61,139 bases of DNA from Alphaproteobacteria bacterium (GTDB taxonomy: Bacteria > Pseudomonadota > Alphaproteobacteria > CADEGL01). Location: contig CAUZWC010000001.1 of NCBI GenBank assembly GCA_963583595.1, positions 1 through 61,139 on the forward strand. Direction: 5' to 3'. The notes under the pieces are model-generated. The model saw only the letters and a program-made list of their open reading frames with translations. It had not been told where the DNA came from and did not search any database. The position numbers and the translations under genes are program-made. This document shows positions 47,542 to 56,607 of this stretch, one piece after another; positions within the stretch are counted from its first letter, which is position 1, and every line of letters starts with the position of its first letter.

Positions 47542-50500
47542 ATGTCCGGAGCGTCCGTTCCCGGTGCGCCCATACCCGGTGAGAAAGAAGTCGCCGACTG
47601 GCGCCGCAACGCCGACCATCTGGCCGCCCATGGCCTCTACGATCCGTCCCAGGAACACGACGCCTGCGGCGTCGGCCTCGTCGTCGCGATCGACGGCCAG
47701 CCGCGCCGTGCCGTCGTCGAGGCCGCGATCCATGCCCTGGGCAGCATCTGGCACCGGGGCGCGGTGGATGCCGACGGCAAGACCGGCGACGGCGCCGGAA
47801 TCCATGTCCAGATTCCCCAGGACTTCTTCAAGGAACATGTCCGCCGCACCGGCCATGTCCCGCTCGACGACCGCCTCGCCGTCGGCATGGTCTTCCTGCC
47901 GCGCACCGATCTCGCGGCGCAGGAGCGCTGCCGCTGCATCGTCGAGGCCGAAATCCTGAACTTCGGCTACACCATCTACGGCTGGCGCCAAGTGCCCGTG
48001 AACGTGGCCGTGATCGGTGAGAAGGCCAATGCCAACCGGCCCGAGATCGAGCAGATCATGATCGCCAACAGCAGGGGGGTGGACGAAAAGGCCTTCGAAC
48101 GCGACCTCTACATCATCCGCCGGCGGATCGAGAAGGCGGCGCGCGCCGAATCGATCAAGGACCTCTATATCTGCACCCTGTCCTGCCGGTCGATCATCTA
48201 TAAAGGCATGTTCCTGGCCGAACAGCTCACCGCCTTCTATCCGGACCTGAGCGACGCGCGCTTCGAATCCAATTTCGCGATTTTCCACCAGCGCTATTCG
48301 ACCAACACCTTTCCGGCCTGGCATCTGGCCCAGCCCTTCCGCGTCCTCGCCCATAACGGCGAGATCAACACCCTGCTGGGCAATATCAACTGGATGCGCA
48401 GCCACGAGACGCGCATGGCCCATGACGACCTGGGCGATCACATGGAGGACGTGAAGCCGATCGTGCAGCCCGACGCCTCGGATTCGGCGGTGCTCGATTC
48501 GGTTTTCGAGGTCATGGCGCGGACCGATCACGACCTGCCGCTGGTCAAGGCCATGCTGATCCCGGAGGCGTGGAGCCACAAGTTTTCCATGCCCCAGGCC
48601 CATCGCGATCTCTATCACTACTGCAACGCGGTGATGGAGCCCTGGGACGGGCCCGCCGCGATCGCCGCCTATGGCGGGCGCTGGGTCCTCGCTGGGCTCG
48701 ACCGCAACGGCCTGCGCCCCCTGCGCTACACCATCACCAATGACGGCCTGCTCTTCGTCGGGTCAGAGGCCGGCATGGTGCCCGTCGAGGAGAGCAACCT
48801 GCGCACCAAGGGCCGGGTCGGGCCGGGTCAGATGATCGCGGTCGATCTCTACGAGGGCCGCTTCTACGACCAGACTGCGATCAAGGACCGTCTGGCCAAT
48901 GCCCAACCTTATGGCGACTGGGTGCGCAACATCATCGATATCGATTATCTGCTCAAGCGCCGCCGGATCGATCCCGCGCCGATTCCGGCGGAAGAGCTGC
49001 GCCGTCGCCAGGTCGCCGCGGGCTGGACCATGGAAGACCTCGAAATGGTGCTCCAGCCCATGGCCGAGACGGCGAAGGAGCCGATCGGCTCCATGGGCGA
49101 CGACACGCCGCTGGCCGTCCTCTCGGACCGCTATCGCGGGCTGCACCATTTCTTCCGCCAGAACTTCAGCCAGGTGACGAACCCGCCGATCGATCCGATC
49201 CGCGAGCAGCGCGTGATGGGCCTGTTCACCCGTCTGGGCAATCTGGGCAACATCCTGGACGAGGACGAGAGCCAGCTTCGGGTGATCGAACTCGATTCGC
49301 CCGTGCTCATGACCAGCGAGTTCGAGGCCCTGGCCGATTATGTCGGGGATACGGCCGCGCGCGTCGACTGCACCTTCGAGATCGTGGGCGGCGAGTTTGC
49401 CCTGCGCGAGGCGGTCGACCGCATCCGGCGCGAGGCGGAGGACGCCGTGCGCGCGGGCTCCGTCAATGTCGTGCTGACCGACGAGGCCCAGGGACCGGAC
49501 CGTGCGGCGGTGCCGATGATTCTGGCGACCGGCGCGGTCCACGGCCATCTCGTGAAACAGGACCTGCGGACCTTCACCTCGCTCCTCGTGCGCGCGGCGG
49601 CCTGCATGGATGTCCACAATCTCGCCGTCCTGATCGGCGTGGGCGCCACCACGGTCAATCCCTATCTCGCCGAATCGAGCATCGCCGGGCGGCATGAGCG
49701 CGGCCTCTTCGGCGATCGGTCCCTGGCCGACTGTGTCGCGTTCTACAAGGAAGCGATGAATCAGGGGCTCCTGAAGATCATGTCCAAGATGGGCATCGCC
49801 GTGATCAGCTCCTATCGCGGCGGCTACAATTTCGAGGCCGTGGGCCTGTCGCGCACCCTGGTCGCCGAGTTCTTTCCCGGCATGCCGTCCCGGGTTTCCG
49901 GTGTCGGCCTCTCGGGCATCCAGCTCAAGGTGCGCGAACAGCATGCCCTGGCCTGGGCCGAGGGCGCGGTGCCCCTGCCCATCGGCGGCTTCTATCGCTA
50001 TCGCCGGGGCGGCGAGACCCATGCCTTCGAGGGCGATCTGATTCACACCCTGCAGGCCGCCTGCGCCACCGATTCCTTCGCTGGTTTCAAGAAATATTCG
50101 GCCGCCCTGCGCAAACAACCGCCGACCCAGCTGCGCGATTTGCTGGAATTCTCCCCGGATGCTAAACCGATCGGGATCGACGCGGTCGAATCGATCACCG
50201 CGATCCGGAAGCGCTTCGTCACCCCGGGCATGTCCCTGGGCGCCCTGGGGCCGGAGGCGCACGAGACTCTGACCATCGCCATGAACCGCATCGGCGCCAA
50301 ATCGAATTCGGGCGAGGGCGGCGAGGGCCCCGAACGCTATCGGCCGCGCCCGAATGGCGACAATGCCAATTCGCCGATCAAGCAGATCGCCTCGGGCCGT
50401 TTCGGCGTGACCGCCGAATATCTCAACAATTGCCGCGAGATCGAGATCAAGGTTGCCCAGGGCGCGAAGCCTGGTGAGGGTGGCCAGCTGCCCGGCTTCA

Positions 50501-52101
50501 AGGTGACGGCCGAGATCGCCCGCCTGCGCCATGCGACCGAGGGGGTGATGCTGATTTCGCCGCCGCCCCATCACGACATCTATTCGATCGAGGATCTGGC
50601 CCAGCTCATCTACGACCTCAAGCAGACCAACCCGGATGCCGAGGTCTGCGTGAAGCTGGTCGCGCGCTCGGGCATCGGCACGATCGCGGCCGGCGTCGCC
50701 AAGGCCAAGGCCGACGTCATTCTGGTCTCCGGCCATACCGGCGGCACCGGGGCCAGCCCGCTGTCCAGCATCAAGCATGCCGGCGTGCCCTGGGAAATGG
50801 GCCTCTCCGAGGTCCATCAGGTGCTCACCCTCAACCGGCTGCGCCACCGGGTCCGGCTGCGCGTCGACGGCGGCATCAAGACCGGCCGCGATATCGTCAT
50901 CGCCGCCCTGATGGGGGCCGAGGAATTCGGCGTCGGCACGGCCGCCCTGGTCGCCATGGGCTGTCTGCTGGTACGTCAGTGCCATTCCAACACCTGCCCG
51001 GTCGGCATCTGCACCCAGGATCCGGCCTTGCGCGAGATGTTCGGCGGCAGCCCCGAGAAGGTCGTCAATCTGTTCAGCTTCCTCGCCGAGGAGGTACGCG
51101 AGATCCTCGCCGGTCTGGGCGCGTCCTCGATCAACGAGGTGATCGGCCGCACCGATCTGCTGTTCCAGGTCAGCCGCGGCAGCGCCCATCTCGACGACCT
51201 CGACCTCAATTCCCTGTTGGCCCAGGCCGATGCGGGTGAGGAGGCGCGTTATTGCACGAGGGTCGGGCGCAACGAGGTCGCCGATACTCTCGACGCCAAG
51301 ATGATCGAGGATGCACGCTCGGCGCTCGACGACGGCGAGAAGATGCAACTCACCTACAGCGTGCGGAATACGCATCGGGCGGTGGGCACGCGCCTTTCCT
51401 CGATGATCGTCCGGCGCTTCGGCCAGGCCAGCCTGCCGGAGGATCAGATCACCGTCCGCCTGCGCGGCTCGGCCGGCCAGTCGCTCGGCGCCTTCGCCGT
51501 GCGCGGCCTGACGCTCGAGGTCTTCGGCGACGCCAACGACTATGTCGGCAAGGGCCTGTCGGGCGGAATCGTCGTGATCCGCCCGGTGACCTCCAGCCTG
51601 TTGCCGACCAACGAGAACACGATCATCGGCAACACCGTGCTCTACGGCGCCACGGCCGGCCGCCTGTTCGCCGCCGGCCAGGCGGGCGAGCGATTCGCCG
51701 TGCGCAATTCGGGTGTCGATGCGGTGGTCGAGGGCTGCGGCGCCAACGGCTGCGAATACATGACCGGCGGCACGGTCGTCGTGCTGGGCTCCGTCGGTGA
51801 CAATTTCGCGGCCGGCATGACCGGCGGCATGGCCTTCGTCTACGACGCCGACGGCCGGCTCGAGGAGCATCTCAACGACGAGACCGTCTTCGCCCAGCCG
51901 ATCCGCAGTGCCCATTGGGAAGGTGTCTGCCGCTCCCTGGTCGAGGAGCATCTGAGGCGCACCCAGTCCGCCTGGGCGCGCAACCTGCTCGCCCATTGGG
52001 ATCGCGAACTCCCGCGCTTCCGCCAGGTCGTGCCGCGCGAGATGGTGGCGCGCCTGTCCCGGGCGTTGGACGATCAGCCCGTCGCCGTGGCGGGCGAATA
52101 G
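47542..52101 (+). CDS. gltB: Glutamate synthase (NADPH) large subunit
   Basis: About 1519 aa with an N-terminal amidotransferase Cys (HDACGVG), FMN and 3Fe-4S regions and the C-terminal GXGXG beta-helix. Start at ATG 47542, 9 nt after the gltD stop. Confidence 0.96.
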   Translation: MSGASVPGAPIPGEKEVADWRRNADHLAAHGLYDPSQEHDACGVGLVVAIDGQPRRAVVEAAIHALGSIWHRGAVDADGKTGDGAGIHVQIPQDFFKEHVRRTGHVPLDDRLAVGMVFLPRTDLAAQERCRCIVEAEILNFGYTIYGWRQVPVNVAVIGEKANANRPEIEQIMIANSRGVDEKAFERDLYIIRRRIEKAARAESIKDLYICTLSCRSIIYKGMFLAEQLTAFYPDLSDARFESNFAIFHQRYSTNTFPAWHLAQPFRVLAHNGEINTLLGNINWMRSHETRMAHDDLGDHMEDVKPIVQPDASDSAVLDSVFEVMARTDHDLPLVKAMLIPEAWSHKFSMPQAHRDLYHYCNAVMEPWDGPAAIAAYGGRWVLAGLDRNGLRPLRYTITNDGLLFVGSEAGMVPVEESNLRTKGRVGPGQMIAVDLYEGRFYDQTAIKDRLANAQPYGDWVRNIIDIDYLLKRRRIDPAPIPAEELRRRQVAAGWTMEDLEMVLQPMAETAKEPIGSMGDDTPLAVLSDRYRGLHHFFRQNFSQVTNPPIDPIREQRVMGLFTRLGNLGNILDEDESQLRVIELDSPVLMTSEFEALADYVGDTAARVDCTFEIVGGEFALREAVDRIRREAEDAVRAGSVNVVLTDEAQGPDRAAVPMILATGAVHGHLVKQDLRTFTSLLVRAAACMDVHNLAVLIGVGATTVNPYLAESSIAGRHERGLFGDRSLADCVAFYKEAMNQGLLKIMSKMGIAVISSYRGGYNFEAVGLSRTLVAEFFPGMPSRVSGVGLSGIQLKVREQHALAWAEGAVPLPIGGFYRYRRGGETHAFEGDLIHTLQAACATDSFAGFKKYSAALRKQPPTQLRDLLEFSPDAKPIGIDAVESITAIRKRFVTPGMSLGALGPEAHETLTIAMNRIGAKSNSGEGGEGPERYRPRPNGDNANSPIKQIASGRFGVTAEYLNNCREIEIKVAQGAKPGEGGQLPGFKVTAEIARLRHATEGVMLISPPPHHDIYSIEDLAQLIYDLKQTNPDAEVCVKLVARSGIGTIAAGVAKAKADVILVSGHTGGTGASPLSSIKHAGVPWEMGLSEVHQVLTLNRLRHRVRLRVDGGIKTGRDIVIAALMGAEEFGVGTAALVAMGCLLVRQCHSNTCPVGICTQDPALREMFGGSPEKVVNLFSFLAEEVREILAGLGASSINEVIGRTDLLFQVSRGSAHLDDLDLNSLLAQADAGEEARYCTRVGRNEVADTLDAKMIEDARSALDDGEKMQLTYSVRNTHRAVGTRLSSMIVRRFGQASLPEDQITVRLRGSAGQSLGAFAVRGLTLEVFGDANDYVGKGLSGGIVVIRPVTSSLLPTNENTIIGNTVLYGATAGRLFAAGQAGERFAVRNSGVDAVVEGCGANGCEYMTGGTVVVLGSVGDNFAAGMTGGMAFVYDADGRLEEHLNDETVFAQPIRSAHWEGVCRSLVEEHLRRTQSAWARNLLAHWDRELPRFRQVVPREMVARLSRALDDQPVAVAGE

Positions 52102-52203
52102 CCCAGGGCGCGGATGGCCCCCCTTCGCTACGCGCCGAGAAGCAGTATGTAATCGAAGAGGTTAGTAGAAGGCGGGCGACAGGAACTCGTAAGTGCTGGC
52201 CGC

Positions 52204-52464
52204 TCAGCATTTGTAGCACCAGATGCGGATGACGCCGCCGAACAGGTCGACGCAGCGGTTGTCGAGGTGCAGGGAACAGCCGTTTTCGTTGGCCGGACAT
52301 TCGTAATAGTCCGGCGATGTCACCGATTCGACGGAATAGTTGAGGGGCGGGGTTTGGGATTGGGTGCGTTCGATCTCGCGCAGACAGATCCGGTAGAACG
52401 CGTTATGGCCGAAATTCCGGGTCAGGGTGACCGCGCCGTCGTTGACCTCACCAATGGGCACCAT
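52204..52464 (-). CDS. Hypothetical small Cys-rich protein (86 aa)
   Basis: The ORF has GC-rich third codon positions and GAGGA 8 nt upstream of its ATG. It has six Cys and ends WCYKC. I recognise no family. Confidence 0.45.
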   Translation of the reverse strand: MVPIGEVNDGAVTLTRNFGHNAFYRICLREIERTQSQTPPLNYSVESVTSPDYYECPANENGCSLHLDNRCVDLFGGVIRIWCYKC

Positions 52465-52643
52465 CTTTGGCGTCCTCGGCGGTCCCGACCCCCGGGGCCA
52501 GGCCCAGGGTGCGTATCACGGCAATAATTGCGATAGTGGCGCGCATCGCCTGTCCCCCTTGCGGATCGCGCCGCCCGCATCCCGGACGACGGCGATGAGC
52601 ATAGTCCAAGGGCGGCCGGGGCAAAATCTCGACCCGCCGCTCG

Positions 52644-54035
52644 TCAAACCCGTTTCGCTGCCATCGCCCACACGGCTACACTAGGGATCACATGCGCACC
52701 CTCTATCACCTCTGGCTCTCGCCCTATTCGCGCAAGGTCCGACTCGCGCTCCAGGAAAAGGGTCTGGAATTCACGCTCAAGGTCGAAAAGGTCTGGGAGC
52801 GGCGCGTCGAATTTCTGGCCTTCAACCCGGCCGGGCAGGTTCCGGTCCTGCTCGAGGAAGACGGCACCGTGATCGCCGATTCCACGGCGATCTGCGAATA
52901 TCTGGAAGAAATCAGCCCTGCCGTGCCGCTGATCGGCGGCAGCCTGGCGGAACGCGCCGAGGTGCGTCGCATCGCCCAATGGTTCGACCTCAAGTTCGGG
53001 CGCGAGGTCTCGACCCTGCTGACCAACGAGAAACTGCTCCGCCGCTTCCTCGGTCGGGGCGAGCCGGATGCCGCCTCGATCCGGGCCGGGCTGCAGAACA
53101 TCCATTACCATCTGGACTATATCGGCTGGCTTGCCGAGAGGCGGAACTGGCTGGCTGGCGACGATTTCTCCCTCGCCGATATCGCCGCCGGCGCCCATCT
53201 GTCCTGCGTCGATTATCTGGGCGACGTGCCCTGGCAGGACCATGAAGGGGCGAAGGAATGGTATCAACGCATCAAGTCGCGGCCGAGCTTCCGGCCCCTG
53301 CTGGCCGACCATATTCCCGGCGCCCCGCCGCCCAAGCATTACGCCGATCTGGATTTCTGAGATCGCCCTGCGGCGGGGCCGCCACTCGCCGCTCTTGACC
53401 GCCACCCCCGGATCGACCCTCAGGCCCAGCCGTGCCATGGCGCGGCGGGCGCTTGCCGCGGCCGCGCTCTCCGGCGCGATTTCGATCAGGCGGCGCCAGT
53501 CGCCGGCCCCGCCAGCCGGGTCGCCGGCCGCGACGCGCAATTCGCCCCGATCGTAGAGCGCGTCCGGATGATCGGGCTCGAGGGCGAGGGCGCGGTCCAG
53601 ATCGTCCTGTGCCAGATCCGGGCTGGCCAGGGCCCGATAGGTCGCGGCCCGGAAGATCACCGCCTCGACATTGCCGGGCGCGATATCCAGCGCGCGATAG
53701 AGATCGTCGAGGGCGGCCCAGTGATCGCCTCGGAATCCCTGGGCGATGCTGCGGTCGATCAGCAGGCCGGCATCGTCGGGCGCGAGGGCCAGGGCGGCGC
53801 TCTGGGTTCGGATCGCCGCACCCGGTGCGCCTGCGATCAGCCAGAGCTGCCCGGCCCGGCGCAGCAGGCGGATGCGGTGCAAGTCTCCCGAGGAGCAGCC
53901 GGACGCCAAAACATCGGCCCGGGCTTCCAATTGGGCGGCAGCCTCGCCCGGCGACACGGGATCGGCCGCGGCGGGGGGCTCCGCCGCGAGCAAAAAAAGC
54001 GAAGCGGTCGATGCCGCCAAAGGAACCGGACGCAT
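52644..54035 (-). CDS. Secreted TPR-repeat protein. Only the first ~215 codons look genuine, and the ORF has no stop until it has crossed the whole gst gene in antisense.
   Basis: Signal-like N-terminus MRPVPLAASTASLFLLAAEPPAAA. TPR-like repeats are colinear with the neighbouring paralogue up to ...DWRRLIEIAPESAAAASARRAMARLGL (~53400), after which the translation looks like antisense noise. Confidence 0.55.
   Translation of the reverse strand: MRPVPLAASTASLFLLAAEPPAAADPVSPGEAAAQLEARADVLASGCSSGDLHRIRLLRRAGQLWLIAGAPGAAIRTQSAALALAPDDAGLLIDRSIAQGFRGDHWAALDDLYRALDIAPGNVEAVIFRAATYRALASPDLAQDDLDRALALEPDHPDALYDRGELRVAAGDPAGGAGDWRRLIEIAPESAAAASARRAMARLGLRVDPGVAVKSGEWRPRRRAISEIQIGVMLGRRGAGNMVGQQGPEARPRLDALIPFLRPFMVLPGHVAQIIDAGQMGAGGDIGEGEIVASQPVPPLGKPADIVQMVMDVLQPGPDRGGIRLAPTEEAAEQFLVGQQGRDLAPELEVEPLGDATHLGAFRQAAADQRHGRADFFQIFADRRGIGDHGAVFLEQDRNLPGRVEGQKFDAPLPDLFDLEREFQTLFLERESDLARIGREPEVIEGAHVIPSVAVWAMAAKRV
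52692..53360 (+). CDS. Glutathione S-transferase family protein
   Basis: MRTLYHLWLSPYSRKVRLALQEKGL...NPAGQVPVL...ESTAICEYL, a thioredoxin-like N-domain followed by an alpha-helical C-domain. Confidence 0.9.
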   Translation: MRTLYHLWLSPYSRKVRLALQEKGLEFTLKVEKVWERRVEFLAFNPAGQVPVLLEEDGTVIADSTAICEYLEEISPAVPLIGGSLAERAEVRRIAQWFDLKFGREVSTLLTNEKLLRRFLGRGEPDAASIRAGLQNIHYHLDYIGWLAERRNWLAGDDFSLADIAAGAHLSCVDYLGDVPWQDHEGAKEWYQRIKSRPSFRPLLADHIPGAPPPKHYADLDF

Positions 54036-54160
54036 CCCGCGATATCCCCGCATTGCTGCGATATTGCCGAACAGGATGGCCCAACTGTTAATCGATTTCA
54101 AAAATCTACTTTAAGGACCTGAAACAGAACGATTCTTCGGCATGGCTGGCGATTCTCGCG

Positions 54161-54937
54161 TCACTCCTCCGCGGGCGCCGAGAGCCGCTTCCTATTTTCC
54201 TTCGCCACCACGGCAGCGCCCGAGTCGGGTGCGATGTCCAGGATGCGCTGCCAATCGTCGATTGCGCTTTCCTGCTCGCCCAGCCGCCAGAGAGTCAGGC
54301 TGCGTTCGAGCCGGGCGTCGGGATCCATGGGGTCCAGGGCGACCGCCCGTTCCGCGTCCTGGCGCGCCAGATCGAGGCTGTCGAGATAGCGATAGGCGGT
54401 GGCGCGCAGCACCAGGGCGTCGATCCGCTCGGGCGCGGTCACGAGCGCCGCGTTCAGGTCGTCGATGGCGTTCCAATAATCGGCGGCGCTGGCCCGCGCG
54501 ATGGCGCGGCTGATCAGCAATTCGACATTGCCCGGGCGCAGCGCCAGGGCCGCCGTCAGATTGCTCTCCGCGCGGTCGGTCTGGCCGGCCAGCAGCCAGG
54601 CCTGGGCCGCTTGTTCCCGGGCCGCGGCCTGCCGTTCGACCGGCGCATCGGCCAGCAGATCGACCAGGGTCTGCAGGCGGATCGCCGCTTCCTTGTAGCG
54701 GAGCAGGCCCAGCAGGGCGAAGGCGGCGCAATGGCGGGCCGGGTTGCCACCCCCCAGGGTGACCCATTCCTCGGCCATCTTGCGCGCCGATTCCGGGTCC
54801 TCCTGGGCCAGGTTCAGGCAGCTCGTATAAGTATTCCCCGCGCCGCTCTGAATCTGGGCGCGGGCGATCTCCGGCCCGCCGAGCGTCAGGGCCAGCGACA
54901 GGAAAAGGACGGCGGTAAGGGGGCGGCTGATCGTCAT
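54161..54937 (-). CDS. Secreted TPR-repeat protein (paralogue of the gene at ~53400-54035)
   Basis: Signal peptide MTISRPLTAVLFLSLALTLGGPEIARA. TPR-like helices. The C-terminal DDWQRILDIAPDSGAA matches GDWRRLIEIAPESAAA of the neighbour. Confidence 0.75.
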   Translation of the reverse strand: MTISRPLTAVLFLSLALTLGGPEIARAQIQSGAGNTYTSCLNLAQEDPESARKMAEEWVTLGGGNPARHCAAFALLGLLRYKEAAIRLQTLVDLLADAPVERQAAAREQAAQAWLLAGQTDRAESNLTAALALRPGNVELLISRAIARASAADYWNAIDDLNAALVTAPERIDALVLRATAYRYLDSLDLARQDAERAVALDPMDPDARLERSLTLWRLGEQESAIDDWQRILDIAPDSGAAVVAKENRKRLSAPAEE

Positions 54938-55101
54938 GGCCGATGGCGCGGTCCGGGTTCGGGGCAATGGAAAAGCGGCGACGCCCGGGCCGGCGCTTGT
55001 CGCCCGGCGCGGGCGACCGTTAAAGTCGCGGCTCGCCCCGAGGAATGCAAGCCGGACGAGAACGCTCTCGGTCGCCCTGCCCCAGCCCCTTTCTTGCCAA
55101 G

Positions 55102-56010
55102 GTGCGCCCAGTGACTTCCGATGATCGCCCTGCTCGCCGTCTCTTCTGTTTAGGGTTGGGCTATTCCGCCTCGGCCTTGGCCGATGTGCTGCTGGCCGAA
55201 GGTTGGACCGTCGCCGGCACGGCCCGGACCGAGGAGGCCTGCGCCGCCCTGCGCGCCCGCGGCATCGAGGCCCATCGCTATGCGCCCGACCATCCGCTCG
55301 TCGATGCCGCAGCCGCGCTGGTCGGGGCGACGCATCTGCTGAGTTCGGTGCCGCCCGATGCCGCCGGCGATCCGGTGCTGCGCGATTGCGGCGCGGCGAT
55401 CGCGGCGCGATCCGACCTGGCCTGGGTCGGCTATCTCTCGACGACCGGGGTCTATGGCGATAGCGGCGGCGGCTGGGTCGACGAGGATTCGGCGCGCGTT
55501 CCCAGCGGCGAAAGGGGCGCCCGGCGGGTCGCGGCGGAGGATGCCTGGCTCGCCCTGTGGCGCGATCATGGCCTGCCGGTCCATCTGTTCCGCCTGGCCG
55601 GCATCTACGGTCCCGGCCGCAACGCCCTGCGCAGCGTGCTCGCCGGTCGGGCCCGCCGCCTGGTCAAGCCCGGGCAGGTCTTCTCGCGTATCCATCTGGC
55701 CGATATCGTCGCCACCCTGCGCGCCTCGATCGCCCGTCCGGCGCCCGGCCGGGCCTATAATCTCTGCGATGACGAGGCCGCCCCGCCCCAGGACGTCATC
55801 GCGTACGCCTGTAAGCTTCTGGGCGTGGAGCCGCTCCCGGAAGTGCCCTTTGACGGTGCCGAACTCAGCCCCATGGCGCGCAGCTTCTATGCCGACAACA
55901 AGCGCGTCCGCAACGACCGCATTAAGACCGAGCTGGGGGTCGCCCTGGCCTATCCGGACTATCGCGAGGGCCTTGAGGCCCTGCTCAACAAGGAAAGGAG
56001 TGCAGCATGA
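55102..56010 (+). CDS. NAD-dependent epimerase/dehydratase-like SDR protein (start uncertain)
   Basis: Rossmann-like LFCLGLGYSASAL...GTAR, then YLSTTGVYGD and an extended-SDR C-terminus. Candidate starts GTG 55102 and GTG 55111. Confidence 0.7.
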   Translation: MRPVTSDDRPARRLFCLGLGYSASALADVLLAEGWTVAGTARTEEACAALRARGIEAHRYAPDHPLVDAAAALVGATHLLSSVPPDAAGDPVLRDCGAAIAARSDLAWVGYLSTTGVYGDSGGGWVDEDSARVPSGERGARRVAAEDAWLALWRDHGLPVHLFRLAGIYGPGRNALRSVLAGRARRLVKPGQVFSRIHLADIVATLRASIARPAPGRAYNLCDDEAAPPQDVIAYACKLLGVEPLPEVPFDGAELSPMARSFYADNKRVRNDRIKTELGVALAYPDYREGLEALLNKERSAA

Positions 56011-56486
56011 CCGCCGCCCTCAAACCGCCCGCGATCGATCCGGCCACGGTGCCGGCCAAGACCGGCTCGACCTATCCCGAACCCTTCGCCGGCCGTTGCG
56101 CAGCACGCGCCAAGCGCGCCGTGGGCGATGCTCTCGGCCTGCGCAATTTCGGCGTCAATCTGGTTGAGGTGCCGCCTGGTGTCGAATCCTCCATGCGCCA
56201 TTGGCACGACCGCCAGGACGAATTCGTGTACGTGCTGGAGGGGGAATTGGTCCTGGTCACCGATGCCGGCGAACAGACCCTCGGCCCCGGCATGGCGGCG
56301 GGCTTCCCCGCCGGCAACGGCAACGGCCATCAGCTCGCCAATCGCTCCGACGCCCCGGCCGTCTACCTGGAAGTAGGCGACCGCATGCCCGGCGACGGGG
56401 TCGTCTATTCGGATATCGACATGCTTCTGCCCCATCGGACCGACGGTCCCCGCACCTTCATCCGCAAGGACGGCTCGCCCTACTGA
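56007..56486 (+). CDS. Cupin domain protein
   Basis: Cupin_2 motifs (HWHDRQDEFVYVLEGELVL...GHQLAN). ATGA overlap with the upstream gene. Confidence 0.8.
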   Translation: MTAALKPPAIDPATVPAKTGSTYPEPFAGRCAARAKRAVGDALGLRNFGVNLVEVPPGVESSMRHWHDRQDEFVYVLEGELVLVTDAGEQTLGPGMAAGFPAGNGNGHQLANRSDAPAVYLEVGDRMPGDGVVYSDIDMLLPHRTDGPRTFIRKDGSPY

Positions 56487-56607
56487 CCGGTTTCCGGTCC
56501 GCTCGACGGCCGCCCCGGCTGGAGGGCATGGCGCGATTAGTCAATCGGATCGGCGGCGGGGCCTTGATCGGCGCCGGTCTGATGACCGCTCTGATTCGGC
56601 GCGGCGC

